From the NCBI GenBank assembly GCA_046483985.1, contig JAWOCD010000092.1, forward strand, positions 1 through 64,000: a DNA stretch of 64,000 bases, given 5' to 3'. Source of the DNA: Promethearchaeia archaeon. Its GTDB lineage: Archaea; Asgardarchaeota; Lokiarchaeia; Sigyniarchaeales; SOKP01. Shown here piece after piece: positions 46,928 through 57,312 of the stretch. The notes below the pieces were generated by a model. The model was not told the origin of the DNA. It made no database searches and saw only the letters and a list, made by a program, of their open reading frames with translations. The translations under genes were made by a program, and so were the position numbers. Each line of letters opens with the position of its first letter. Positions within the stretch are counted from its first letter, which is position 1.

Positions 46928-46994
46928 TTTTTGGATTTAAGGAAAAATTCAATCCATGTTATGTTTTAATTAATTAAAGATAAGAGATTATTAA

Positions 46995-47711
46995 TTATTT
47001 TTGAATTATATCAAAAGGAAGTTGTTTTTCGTAAAAAGCTTTCCCAATTATAACTCCTTGAAGATCTTTAATGTTGTTGAGCGTTTCGATATCGCGTTCA
47101 TTGCGTACCCCTCCTGCTGCATAAACGGGTATGTTCACCGTTTTTACCATTTTTTTTATGTTCGGAATATCCGGGCCAGTAAAAGCTCCGTCAGCTTCAA
47201 CACTTGAAAATAAAATAGCCCCCGCTCCTTTTTTTTCGATCTTCTTTCCAAATGTAAAGGGATTCAAATCAGTCTCTTTTGTCCAACCATGCGTAGCGAT
47301 TTTTCCAGATTTATAATCCAATGCCACAATAACATGCTCAGAGCCCATTCTTTCTGATAATACTTGAATTTTATCTGGATTTTTAACTGCCATTGTACCT
47401 ATAATGACCTTATCTGCCCCGATTTTTACCAACTCTACTGCCGCGTCTATAGACCTGATCCCTCCTCCGATCTGTACCTTTGCACCAGATCGATCTGCTT
47501 TTTGAATCATCTGCTTCAGTAATTGTTTGTTCTTATCAGATCCCCAGGCTCCGTCTAAATCTACAAAATGCAATCGATTTGCCCCTTTTTCAATCCAAAA
47601 ATCTAAAGCCCCAAGGGGGTCTTCGAAATATATCTTCTCTGTGCCTTTTTTTCCTTTAAAAAGGCGAACGCACCGATTATCTTGAATATCAATGGCAGGA
47701 ATTATTTCCAT
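46995..47711 (-). CDS. hisA: ProFAR isomerase (HisA)
   Basis: IIPAIDI...CVRL, HFVDLDGA, QIGGGIR, AAGGV, IIGKAFY. Confidence 0.95.
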   Translation of the reverse strand: MEIIPAIDIQDNRCVRLFKGKKGTEKIYFEDPLGALDFWIEKGANRLHFVDLDGAWGSDKNKQLLKQMIQKADRSGAKVQIGGGIRSIDAAVELVKIGADKVIIGTMAVKNPDKIQVLSERMGSEHVIVALDYKSGKIATHGWTKETDLNPFTFGKKIEKKGAGAILFSSVEADGAFTGPDIPNIKKMVKTVNIPVYAAGGVRNERDIETLNNIKDLQGVIIGKAFYEKQLPFDIIQK

Positions 47712-47723
47712 TCTTAAGCATCA

Positions 47724-49007
47724 CTATTCCTTGGCATCATTTTTGTAGGTTTTATTCTTTCTATTTACACCAAATTTACCAATTCCTATAAGAATTACTA
47801 TTAAAAAAAATGTTGTTGTACAATGAAACGGAAAAACAGGATAAATAATAAACCATATCCCCATAAATGCTAAATCCAAGAAGTTTAAAAAGAAAAAAGC
47901 GGGTTTAAAATAATTAGAAGAGATTTTTGAATTATGGGGTAATGTTAAAATCAAAATAATCAATAGGGGTAAAAAAGTGACAAGATGGTGGTTCCAAGAA
48001 TCAAAATAAGATAACAATAATACAATCAACCCTAATAAATATCCGAAGATTAATCTGTTCTTTCCAAAGTCACCAAATATATAAATTAAAAAAGCAATGC
48101 CCCCAACTACAAAAAGTATAGTAAGGAGGATAAGAAGAGAAGAATTAAATACGCCAAAAAGTAATAATACATTAATCACATTTCGAGTGATACTAAAAGA
48201 ATGGTTCATTTCCACTAATGATGCTCTTGTGAGATTCATTCTGAGAAAGCCTTCCCAGAGTTCTGGAATAAGAATAAATAGAATTAAATTAGATAAAAGG
48301 GGAACAAGCGAGCCAAGAATGCGAATTAGACTAGTCTTTATATTAATGTTACATTTCTTATTCCCCGAATTAAGCTTTATTACAGCGAGAAAGGGAACAA
48401 TAAAAATTAGTGTAGGTTTAATAACAAAACTTGCCCCCAAGGTTAATGCTCCTTTTAGATTCCAGAGCATATCATCATACTTCAAGAAGATATAAAGTGA
48501 AAGCAGCATTAAAGTTGTAACGAATAAATTAATTTGCCCTAATACATAATTAAACATCTGAGGCAACCCCATCAGGAAAAGAGAGATATATAAAATGAGT
48601 TGATCCCTCCGCTGTTCTTTATCTTGTTTTTTTACATACAAAATTATTTTATACATAAGAAGAACTGTGAGATAATTTAAGAATAGATTAGTAATATGAA
48701 AAACTATAAATCCCAATTCAAACCCTAAAAGATAATAGGGAATAAAAAAAACTGCAGCGAGTGGAAAATAACGGAACTGCCAGAGATAATGCTCTAAGTT
48801 ATAGAGTTCGGTTATATTCTCTAAAAATAACCCCCCCGCTCTATAGTAGACAATAAAATCATTGTTCTTTCGAAAGAATAGAAAAAGAAGAGTAATAGAG
48901 AGGAAAAAATAAAAAAGATGCACCAAAATTGCTGATTTAACGCTTTTTTTCTGCCATAAATTAGAGAAGATATGAGAGAGATTGGTGATCTTTTCTTTTA
49001 TTTTCAT
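47724..49007 (-). CDS. GT87/DUF2029-type GT-C membrane glycosyltransferase
   Basis: DFIVYY.AG, FRYFP, LGQINL, IKP, SWNHH. Confidence 0.82.
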   Translation of the reverse strand: MKIKEKITNLSHIFSNLWQKKSVKSAILVHLFYFFLSITLLFLFFRKNNDFIVYYRAGGLFLENITELYNLEHYLWQFRYFPLAAVFFIPYYLLGFELGFIVFHITNLFLNYLTVLLMYKIILYVKKQDKEQRRDQLILYISLFLMGLPQMFNYVLGQINLFVTTLMLLSLYIFLKYDDMLWNLKGALTLGASFVIKPTLIFIVPFLAVIKLNSGNKKCNINIKTSLIRILGSLVPLLSNLILFILIPELWEGFLRMNLTRASLVEMNHSFSITRNVINVLLLFGVFNSSLLILLTILFVVGGIAFLIYIFGDFGKNRLIFGYLLGLIVLLLSYFDSWNHHLVTFLPLLIILILTLPHNSKISSNYFKPAFFFLNFLDLAFMGIWFIIYPVFPFHCTTTFFLIVILIGIGKFGVNRKNKTYKNDAKE

Positions 49008-49077
49008 TTTATCATCAATAAATATTTAATCTATCTTGTAAGATTTTTAAATAAAACAAAAAAATTAAACTTTTGAA

Positions 49078-50526
49078 ATGAGAAAAATGGCATTCATCAA
49101 TAGAAAGCAGAAGGAAAAAACGACGTTTGGAGTAATCGTAGGAAATCGAGATGTGTTCCCGACTCAGCTTGCGAAGGAAGGGCGAGAAGATATTATTCGA
49201 GTCCTTGAAGATCTAAATTATAAATACATCATATTAGATGAGGGAGCAACAGAGTTCGGAGTGGTGGAAACTTATCAAGATTCAAAAACTTGTGCAGAAC
49301 TTTTCAAGGAACATCAAGAAGAAATTGAAGGGATATTAGTTATATTGCCCAATTTCGGGGATGAAAAAGGGATATCTGATACTATTCGCTTAGCAAATTT
49401 AGATGTGCCTGTATTAATACAAGCTACATCCGATAAGATCGGGGAAATGGATAGAGTACATCGACGGGATGCTTTTTGCGGAAAAATCTCAGTTACCAGT
49501 GCTCTTCGGCAATACGATATCCCTTTTACGCTGACATCTCGTCATACATGTGATATCAATTCAGAAATCTTTAAAAAGGATATACAACGATTTGAAAAAG
49601 TATGTAAAATTGTAAATAAACTCAAAAATGCAAGATTAGGGCAGATTGGAACCCGGCCAGATGCATTTGAAACAGTAAGATACAGCGAGAAGATTTTGGA
49701 AAGAAATGGTATTACGGTTGAACCAATTGATCTTTCCGAAATTTTTGGACGCATTCGCGCCTTGGATGAAGATGATCCGAGAATTGAAGAGAAAACCACC
49801 TTTATTAAAGATTATACCAATACTCAAGAATTTCCAGAGGAAGGAGTACTCAAATTGGCAAAATTGGGAGTTGTTGTGGAAGAATGGGTAATCGAAAAAG
49901 AGTTAGATGGTTTTGCATTCCAATGTTGGCCCTCCCTTCAAGATAATTATGGTGTTGTGCCGTGCGCCGTTATGAGTATATTTAGCGAGGGGTTAGTTCC
50001 GGCAGCTTGCGAGGTTGATATTTCTGGATTATTATCGATGTTAATTCTACAACTCGCTTCTGATTCACCCTCCGCAATTTTAGATTGGAACAATAACTAT
50101 GGAGATGACCCTAATAAGATGGTTTTATTCCATTGTTCTAATCTTCCTAACTCCTTTTTTAAAGATACTAAAATGACAGTTCACCCAATTATCTCAACTC
50201 AAAAAGGAGAAGAGGTTACTTTCGGTGCTATTCAAGGGCGAATAAAGGAGGAACCGTGTACACTACTCAGAACGGATACAGAGGATTTCACCGGCGAGAT
50301 GAAAGTCTTACTTTCGAAGGGAAAATACACAGATGATGAGTTAAACACTTTTGGTGGGTATGGGGTTGTTGAGATTCCAGACCTCCAAGATCTTATGAAA
50401 AAACTGTGTAGAGGAGGATTTGCCCATCATGTGGCGGCAACACTTAATGAAGTCGGAGATATCGTGTATGAAGCACTCAATACGTATTTAGGTTGGGATA
50501 TCGAATTCCATAATCCAGAAGCCTAA
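49078..50526 (+). CDS. L-fucose/L-arabinose isomerase family protein
   Basis: NFGDE, RRDAFCGKIS, QCW, ACEVD, FHCSN, GFAHHVA. Confidence 0.88.
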   Translation: MRKMAFINRKQKEKTTFGVIVGNRDVFPTQLAKEGREDIIRVLEDLNYKYIILDEGATEFGVVETYQDSKTCAELFKEHQEEIEGILVILPNFGDEKGISDTIRLANLDVPVLIQATSDKIGEMDRVHRRDAFCGKISVTSALRQYDIPFTLTSRHTCDINSEIFKKDIQRFEKVCKIVNKLKNARLGQIGTRPDAFETVRYSEKILERNGITVEPIDLSEIFGRIRALDEDDPRIEEKTTFIKDYTNTQEFPEEGVLKLAKLGVVVEEWVIEKELDGFAFQCWPSLQDNYGVVPCAVMSIFSEGLVPAACEVDISGLLSMLILQLASDSPSAILDWNNNYGDDPNKMVLFHCSNLPNSFFKDTKMTVHPIISTQKGEEVTFGAIQGRIKEEPCTLLRTDTEDFTGEMKVLLSKGKYTDDELNTFGGYGVVEIPDLQDLMKKLCRGGFAHHVAATLNEVGDIVYEALNTYLGWDIEFHNPEA

Positions 50527-50533
50527 TTTTTTT

Positions 50534-51634
50534 TTACTTTTTTCTTTTTATTTTTATTCTCTTTTCAAAAAATCCCGAGTCAATAATTTTTTGTTTCTCA
50601 TCGCTCATTTCGACGAAGAACTCAAACGGCAAGTGGACAAGTGCATCATTTTTATGTCGTTTCTGGAAGTCTAAGACGCGTTTTTTAGTAAGATAAATTG
50701 AATACTGGGAGACGTCTGTCCCTATCCATCGCCGATTTAATTTTTCTGCGGTATATATAGTAGTTCCAGAGCCACAAAAGAAGTCTGCGATTAGATCTTG
50801 TTCATTTGAGCCCAATTTCAAAATGCGTTCCAATAGTTTATGGTGTTTTTGAGTTGGATATCCCGTCCATTGACGGGAAGCAGGTTGCATACACGGGATT
50901 TTCCAGACGTCATCTAACTTTTTATCTTTCACGAACCGATATTTAACATGTCCATCTTTATCCTTTATGTTTTTTAAAACGCCGTCTACCATTTTTCTTT
51001 TTAGTTGCTTTTTTGGTTTTTCCCGGGGAATCCGAACTTCGTTTAATTCATAATCTTGTGTTTTCGAATATAGGAGTATATCATCATGGGCACGCGGTAA
51101 ATTCGATTTACTCGCAGAATATTTATTATAATAATACCAGATAATAGTGTTAATAAAATTATCCCTCCCGAAGATCTCGTCCATAATTAGCTTGGCATAG
51201 TGACTTGCGTGCCAATCCAAATGAATGAACATTAGCCCTGAGTCCTTTAGGAGCTTTTTCATAAGGAATAAACGTTCATATAACATCTGTAAATAAGAGT
51301 CGAGATTTTGGTGCCATTTGTCTTGATACGCCTCATCTATATAGGTCTTCTTTCCATTCTCTATTTTCAATTCATAATTCACACCAGAATAAAAAGGAGG
51401 ATCTATATAAATCAGATCAATTTTTTCCTCACATTCCTGTAAAAGAAAACGCAATACTTCAAAATTATTCCCCCAAAATAATTTATTCTTCCATTTGGTA
51501 GGAAATAGTTGAGTTTGTTTCCTCTTTTGCGTGATTTGATATTTTTTTACTTTTTTAATCTGGCAAGAATACCCAGAGTTCAAATCATCCAAATTATTTT
51601 GCAAGTCCTTCTTATCCCAGTTTAAATTGACCAT
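50534..51634 (-). CDS. Orphan N6-adenine/N4-cytosine DNA methyltransferase (beta class)
   Basis: IYIDPPF before YPTQK and DFFCGSGTT; no adjacent restriction endonuclease. Confidence 0.9.
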   Translation of the reverse strand: MVNLNWDKKDLQNNLDDLNSGYSCQIKKVKKYQITQKRKQTQLFPTKWKNKLFWGNNFEVLRFLLQECEEKIDLIYIDPPFYSGVNYELKIENGKKTYIDEAYQDKWHQNLDSYLQMLYERLFLMKKLLKDSGLMFIHLDWHASHYAKLIMDEIFGRDNFINTIIWYYYNKYSASKSNLPRAHDDILLYSKTQDYELNEVRIPREKPKKQLKRKMVDGVLKNIKDKDGHVKYRFVKDKKLDDVWKIPCMQPASRQWTGYPTQKHHKLLERILKLGSNEQDLIADFFCGSGTTIYTAEKLNRRWIGTDVSQYSIYLTKKRVLDFQKRHKNDALVHLPFEFFVEMSDEKQKIIDSGFFEKRIKIKRKK

Positions 51635-51677
51635 CTTATCTATGTTATGTTTAGAACTTAGACTATTTAAATTCTCT

Positions 51678-52934
51678 TTACCAATAATTTTTCGAATTTA
51701 CTAAAAAGCCCTTAGAATCAAATTTTAATGATTCAGGATCTGAAGAAAAGCTTAAAGTATCCTTTTCCCTAACTTCTTCAAAAAAAGCCTCTGAAACAAG
51801 CATTTTATTTAGTTTAAGAGTATTCTTAATCCAAACCATCTTTAGACCTTTTATGTAATTTTTTCCCTTCAATTTCACAATAGATTCCATTACAGCTCGA
51901 TCTGAGTCTAAAAAAACCGGAAGTTTAGGGGAGTCCGTTCTGAAGGCGGTTAAAGCATTCATATATGTTTGCTCAAAATCAATTTTGTTAACCAATCGTT
52001 TCGTAGTAAAGTCCGCTAAACCAATACCTTGAGCATTTCCATGTGTTTGTTCTGTAAGATCTCGTACAAATAGCCATAGAACTTTATTGGGAGAATTGGG
52101 TTTTCTGCCTGTTATCATGGAATTCATTCCTGTTCCAAATATTTCCTTTCCCATTTCATCCACGATTAATAATTCAATCTCTCGAAATGGAAGATGTGCC
52201 ATAAGGTGTTTAGATTTCTTAAAAAGATCTGGTTCCTTAGTTGCAAACTCATGAGGAGCAAGAGCAATAATATCGGCAATTCCGTGATTTGCATTTTGAA
52301 TAATTCCTAAACCACACCGTATGGGAGCATTTTCCAACACTTGTTCTCGAATTGAATTAACTATCGTAGACCAAGAATATTGGTTGATTAACCGATGATA
52401 TAATTGTGCTCCCTTATGTTTTCCTAAACCAATTAAAGCCATTTTGCTTAAACCGCTTTCAACCTTGCCAACAAACTTAGAATGGGATTTAACGCTATTG
52501 ACGAGAATAATATGGTCTGCTCCAGCAGCATATTGATCTATGTATATCGGAGTTCCAAATTCACTTGTCCCGATTATTTCTACTTCCATTGTAGTTCTAA
52601 TCGGACATCCAATCGATTCTTCCGTGATTCCATAATCTGCTAAAATTCGGCGTTGACCCACTGCAGTACCTCCTCCATGGCTTCCCATTGCTGGAAAAAT
52701 AAATGGACGGGCATTTAATCTTTTAATATAATCGACAATTGTTTTTAAAATTAGGGCTTGATGTTTGATTCCACGGGAACTTCCCGTAATGGCAACTTGT
52801 TGATGGGAATGAATCGTCTCTTTTAAGCCACATTTGGTGAGTTCTGATTGAACCGAATGCTCAATTTTTTCCAAGGTGGGAGAATTAAATTTTTGGTGAA
52901 TGCACCGAATGTTGGGAAGAGATAGAGGATTCAT
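51678..52934 (-). CDS. LarA-N/DUF362-like (lactate racemase domain) protein
   Basis: GSSRGI, PAMGSHGGGT, ESGLSKM..IGLGK, GKEIFGTGM, GNAQGIGLAD. Confidence 0.8.
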   Translation of the reverse strand: MNPLSLPNIRCIHQKFNSPTLEKIEHSVQSELTKCGLKETIHSHQQVAITGSSRGIKHQALILKTIVDYIKRLNARPFIFPAMGSHGGGTAVGQRRILADYGITEESIGCPIRTTMEVEIIGTSEFGTPIYIDQYAAGADHIILVNSVKSHSKFVGKVESGLSKMALIGLGKHKGAQLYHRLINQYSWSTIVNSIREQVLENAPIRCGLGIIQNANHGIADIIALAPHEFATKEPDLFKKSKHLMAHLPFREIELLIVDEMGKEIFGTGMNSMITGRKPNSPNKVLWLFVRDLTEQTHGNAQGIGLADFTTKRLVNKIDFEQTYMNALTAFRTDSPKLPVFLDSDRAVMESIVKLKGKNYIKGLKMVWIKNTLKLNKMLVSEAFFEEVREKDTLSFSSDPESLKFDSKGFLVNSKNYW

Positions 52935-52936
52935 AA

Positions 52937-54760
52937 TTACATATCAATAAGATCATTTAAATCTAATTCGGTTAATTTCTGATCAGTGGGAATCCCATTT
53001 GAACTCCAACCCATAATATCATAATATTGATCTAAAAGAGCATCCAATTCCACTTTCTGACCCTTGGAGGGTCCTTTTGGCATAGGTTCTTCGAGAAAGC
53101 GCTTGGGTAATGTGTCATCTTTTCTATCCAATCCCAATTTGACATTATACATACGTTCCAAATTAATAATGCGTTCTGCCGCCCTATTAAGATAATCTAC
53201 ATCCACTTGCATCCCAGTCACCGCCGAGTATGCTTCAGCTTGATCAGCAAGAGTAAATCCAGCTCTCATAGTGGAACATAAAGCAATCGAGTCAACCACC
53301 GCCATACTGAACTGATGCTCCCGTTCTAACTGTCCTTTACCTTTTATTTCAAATCGATTACCCATCGCAAGTTCATTCCCAAATGTGGTTGCTAACATAT
53401 GATGCGCCCCTTTGGGGGATGTTGCATAGGTAAGAGCCATTGCCTTTGCCCCGCGAGGGTCATAGACAGGAAATGATTGGCCTTTCGAATGAATGGCCAA
53501 TTCTTCAGTTCCCAGCTTTTCAGCGGCAGCAGCTACTCCTTCTGCTAAAATATCACCTAATCCCTCTCGGTGGCAGATCTGAGTAAGCAAGGTAAGCAAT
53601 GCTTTTTTATTACCAAATTCTAATTTTAGCCCTCCAGTATCTTTATCGGTGATTTTACCTTTCTCGTAAGCTTCCATTGCCATAGACACGCAAGCTCCTC
53701 CATTGATGGTATCGAATCCACATCTATCACAGATATCTGTTGCCTTTAATAAAGTTTCCCAGTCGCTTATCCCACAATTTGAACCTAACATACCAATAGT
53801 CTCGAATTCTGGCCCCTCCATGAGATATTTCTTTCCCTCTTGAGTCGTAATTGCTGTTCGTTTTCCGCATGCTATGGGACATCCAAAACATGAAGCATCT
53901 CCCACTACAATCTGTTCCCTCATAATTTCTGCTTCTAATTTATCTCCGTCCTCAAAAAAACCTTCTTGGAAGTTACGAGTCACCCAGAAGCCCGCACCAT
54001 TGATCCGCTCAACAAGTTCAGGAGTGCCATATTGACGTCGAACCTTTCCGCCTCCAGAATTTCGTAAATTGTTAATTAATCGTTTTGATAATTCGACTAC
54101 TTTATCTGGTTTGGCAACACGAACATCTTGGGTTCCTCGTATGGCAATTGCTTTAAGATTCTTTGAACCCATAACCGCTCCACTTCCTCCTCGACCAAAC
54201 TCTCGATACCTAGAAGATGTAATACAAGCGTAGCGAACTAACTTTTCTCCTGCGGGTCCTATACACGCAGTTTTGATGGATTTATCTCCCCCCAACTCAT
54301 CTCTTATTTTTTCCTCAGCACTGGGAATATTATCACCCCAAATCTTATTTGCTGGGAGAATTTGAATATCTTCATCATCAATCCATAAAAACACAGGCTG
54401 TGTTGCCTTTTCCTCAATTATTAATCCATCATATCCCGCAAATTTCAAGGCAGGTCCATAATGCCCTCCACATAATGAATAAGAATAAGTATGGGTAAGG
54501 GGAGATTTAAAACTTAAGCAGAATTTATTATTACCCGGTATAAGAGTGCCTGCAAGCGGGCCATTCATAAATATGAGCTTATTCTGCAAACTTAGACCCC
54601 CTACCTTTGGGGGTACCTCCCGAAAAAGATAGTATGCACCTAAACCTCGTCCGCCTAAAAAATTTTCATATAAATCGGGCTGAATTGCTTCCACAACTGT
54701 TTCTTGAGTTGATAAATTTACACGCAATAATTTACCAGTCATTCCTTTGTAGGGAGTCAT
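52937..54760 (-). CDS. aor: Aldehyde:ferredoxin oxidoreductase (tungsten AOR family)
   Basis: GGRGLG, KSPLT, GPAGE, GAVMGSKNLKAI, CFGCPIAC, GPEFET, DTLPKRF. Start placed at ATG 54760. Confidence 0.93.
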   Translation of the reverse strand: MTPYKGMTGKLLRVNLSTQETVVEAIQPDLYENFLGGRGLGAYYLFREVPPKVGGLSLQNKLIFMNGPLAGTLIPGNNKFCLSFKSPLTHTYSYSLCGGHYGPALKFAGYDGLIIEEKATQPVFLWIDDEDIQILPANKIWGDNIPSAEEKIRDELGGDKSIKTACIGPAGEKLVRYACITSSRYREFGRGGSGAVMGSKNLKAIAIRGTQDVRVAKPDKVVELSKRLINNLRNSGGGKVRRQYGTPELVERINGAGFWVTRNFQEGFFEDGDKLEAEIMREQIVVGDASCFGCPIACGKRTAITTQEGKKYLMEGPEFETIGMLGSNCGISDWETLLKATDICDRCGFDTINGGACVSMAMEAYEKGKITDKDTGGLKLEFGNKKALLTLLTQICHREGLGDILAEGVAAAAEKLGTEELAIHSKGQSFPVYDPRGAKAMALTYATSPKGAHHMLATTFGNELAMGNRFEIKGKGQLEREHQFSMAVVDSIALCSTMRAGFTLADQAEAYSAVTGMQVDVDYLNRAAERIINLERMYNVKLGLDRKDDTLPKRFLEEPMPKGPSKGQKVELDALLDQYYDIMGWSSNGIPTDQKLTELDLNDLIDM

Positions 54761-54761
54761 C

Positions 54762-55250
54762 TTATTTCTCAACCTCATGAGACATTTTTTTTGCTAATTC
54801 ATCGGTATAAACAGATTTATATATATTTGCAGCTTTCCCTGGTTCTAAATACTGAATTGCATGTTCCGGACAATTTTCTACACACTCCGGTGATCCACCA
54901 CAGAGATCACATATTAAAATATGATTTTCAGTAGGATATATAGAAGGAGCTGCATATGGACATTCCTCGATACATTTACGGCAGCCTATACAGTTCTCTT
55001 TCTTAACTCGAATAGATCCCTTTTTTTTATCATGAACCAACGCATCAAACTCGCACGCTTGAATACATGGTGCATCAGAACATTGATGACAATATACAGC
55101 GAAATCCATTTGGGCGGCATCGTCACGAAAGATTCGAATACGCGATTTTGCGGGGTTTGTTATCCCAAAATGAGCCATAGAACAGATCTGTTCGCATATC
55201 CGGCATCCTATACACTTTTTTGGTTCAAATACTAAGACTTTTTGAGTCAT
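54762..55250 (-). CDS. 4Fe-4S dicluster protein (AOR electron-transfer subunit)
   Basis: Four ferredoxin-type Cys clusters; directly upstream of aor. Confidence 0.92.
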   Translation of the reverse strand: MTQKVLVFEPKKCIGCRICEQICSMAHFGITNPAKSRIRIFRDDAAQMDFAVYCHQCSDAPCIQACEFDALVHDKKKGSIRVKKENCIGCRKCIEECPYAAPSIYPTENHILICDLCGGSPECVENCPEHAIQYLEPGKAANIYKSVYTDELAKKMSHEVEK

Positions 55251-55503
55251 TTAAATCAATATGGCAATTATAATTAATTCAAATGAATAAATAATACGAG
55301 GTATTTAAAATATAGGAAGTTTTAAAAAAATAAAAAGTATACTTGATTTTAGCAGAAACCTAAAATGATTATAGAAAGTAAATAACAAAAATTTAAAAAG
55401 GAAATCAAGATCTTCTTTACTAGATTAATATTGGAATTAAATTATAATAATGACCAAAGAAAATTTTCTATCCTTTAATTTTTTATAAGGAGGGTCTAAC
55501 TGA

Positions 55504-57054
55504 ATACAATCCATAAATGATGCTGAGGAGTTAAAAAAAAAACGGCAAGAAGTAGAAAAAGAATATAGATCCTTCCTAGAAAATTTTGAGGGTATTGCCT
55601 TCAAGGGTTATAAAGATTCTTCAGTAGACTTTCTAACGGGGAATGTAGAAGAAATTACGGGATATACAGAGGAAGATTTTCTTTCAAGAGAAATCAGCTT
55701 CCCCCAGTTGATTGTACCAGAAGATCGTAATCGGGTCCAAGAAGATATTAATAAATTTATGTCATCCTCAAGGAAAACTGATAAACGAGAATTTAGAATT
55801 CGTGATAAATATGGGGATATTCACCACATTCGTGAGCGGGTTAGTAAAAAATATGAAAAAGAACAACAAAAGAAATATGTATATGGGACAATCCAAGATA
55901 TCACCCAATATACAGAAGTCAAAAGAGAATTGGAAACGCATAAGAAATATTTGCAAAGATTAGTTGATGAGAAAACTAAAGATTTAAAAATTAAAAATCA
56001 GGCACTCGATGCCTCATTGAATGCAATTGCTATTACAGATATGGAGGGAGATATAACCTATGTTAATTCGGCTTTTTTAAGTCTATGGGGATACCAAAAT
56101 AAGGAAGAAGTAATTGGAAAATCCGGAATTGAATTTTGGGGTAACAAAGAGAAGACTATAAGCGTATTTAGGAAGACCCTTAAGGAAGGAAAGTATAAAG
56201 GAGATTTTTTGGCTCTCAAGAAAGATGGAACCAAAATGTCAGTGGATTTAAAAACAAGCTTAATTTTAGACGATGAGGGAAAAAAGATGGGGATAGTCGG
56301 TTCATTTAATGACATTACAAAACATATAAAAATGCAACAAAAGCTGAAAAAGGAAAAAAATCATTCTGAATTTTATAAAGATTTGCTTGCCCATGACATG
56401 GGAAATATCCTCAATAATATAAAATCCTCTTTAGATCTTATGGAGTTATATAAAAATAAATCCAAAAACGGGAAGAAAACAGAAGAATTCATGGAAATCC
56501 TCCAAAAACAAGTAAAAAGAGGGATAAATCTTATTAGAAACGTAAGAAAACTTTCTGAAATTGAACAACAGGGACAGAAGATACAAGATATTAATGTGGT
56601 CGAAATCCTTCAAGAGGTAATTGAGAATATCCCAAGACAATTTCATGGCAAAAATGTTGAAATTCAAACTAACATACCCGACAAGGATTTAATGGTCAAG
56701 GGGGGCACCTTACTGATAGAAGCCTTTGAGAATATTTTAAATAACGGAATTGTACACAATGACAAGGAAAAAATAAAACTCTGGGTTGAGGTATCAGAAG
56801 TGCAGAGAAATCAAGAAAAATTCGTAAAAATGGAATTCAAGGACAATGGAAGGGGGATAAATGATCAAAGAAAAGAATATATTTTTCAAAAGAATTACAA
56901 ACAAGCCAAAAGGAAAGGAGGAATGGGCATAGGATTATCCTTGGTAAGAAGAATTGTGGAAGGATCTGGAGGGGAAATCGCTATTGAGAATCGAGTCAAT
57001 GATACCATCCAGAAAGGAAGTAATTTCATTCTTCTTCTAAAAAAGAGTAACTAA
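55504..57054 (+). CDS. PAS-domain sensor histidine kinase (probable ATA start)
   Basis: Frame open from 55504 (YRSFLENFEGIAF...VEEITGYTEEDF, first PAS); second PAS; LAHDMGN H-box; N, DNGRGI and GMGIGL boxes. Confidence 0.85.
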   Translation: MQSINDAEELKKKRQEVEKEYRSFLENFEGIAFKGYKDSSVDFLTGNVEEITGYTEEDFLSREISFPQLIVPEDRNRVQEDINKFMSSSRKTDKREFRIRDKYGDIHHIRERVSKKYEKEQQKKYVYGTIQDITQYTEVKRELETHKKYLQRLVDEKTKDLKIKNQALDASLNAIAITDMEGDITYVNSAFLSLWGYQNKEEVIGKSGIEFWGNKEKTISVFRKTLKEGKYKGDFLALKKDGTKMSVDLKTSLILDDEGKKMGIVGSFNDITKHIKMQQKLKKEKNHSEFYKDLLAHDMGNILNNIKSSLDLMELYKNKSKNGKKTEEFMEILQKQVKRGINLIRNVRKLSEIEQQGQKIQDINVVEILQEVIENIPRQFHGKNVEIQTNIPDKDLMVKGGTLLIEAFENILNNGIVHNDKEKIKLWVEVSEVQRNQEKFVKMEFKDNGRGINDQRKEYIFQKNYKQAKRKGGMGIGLSLVRRIVEGSGGEIAIENRVNDTIQKGSNFILLLKKSN

Positions 57055-57312
57055 AAGCCAATTTTCACTCATGAAATAAAATTCCCGACATTCATTAGTC
57101 AATTTCTCTAAAAATTCTAGTTCTTGCGATATTTCCGCTTTTAGAATTTTAAAAATTATCGTTTATTGTAATCGCCTACCTTGTTATTTTATTATTTTCT
57201 TCATAGATTCTGAGACCAATTCCTTGGTGATTAAATGATTTATGTTTGGTATTAAGGGAATAATAAGTAAAATTTAATAGGATCTAAAATTGGAAATAGA
57301 AACACAATATTT

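Noticed and set aside
50534-51634. Restriction-modification or defence island
   Set aside because: No endonuclease or other defence genes adjacent.
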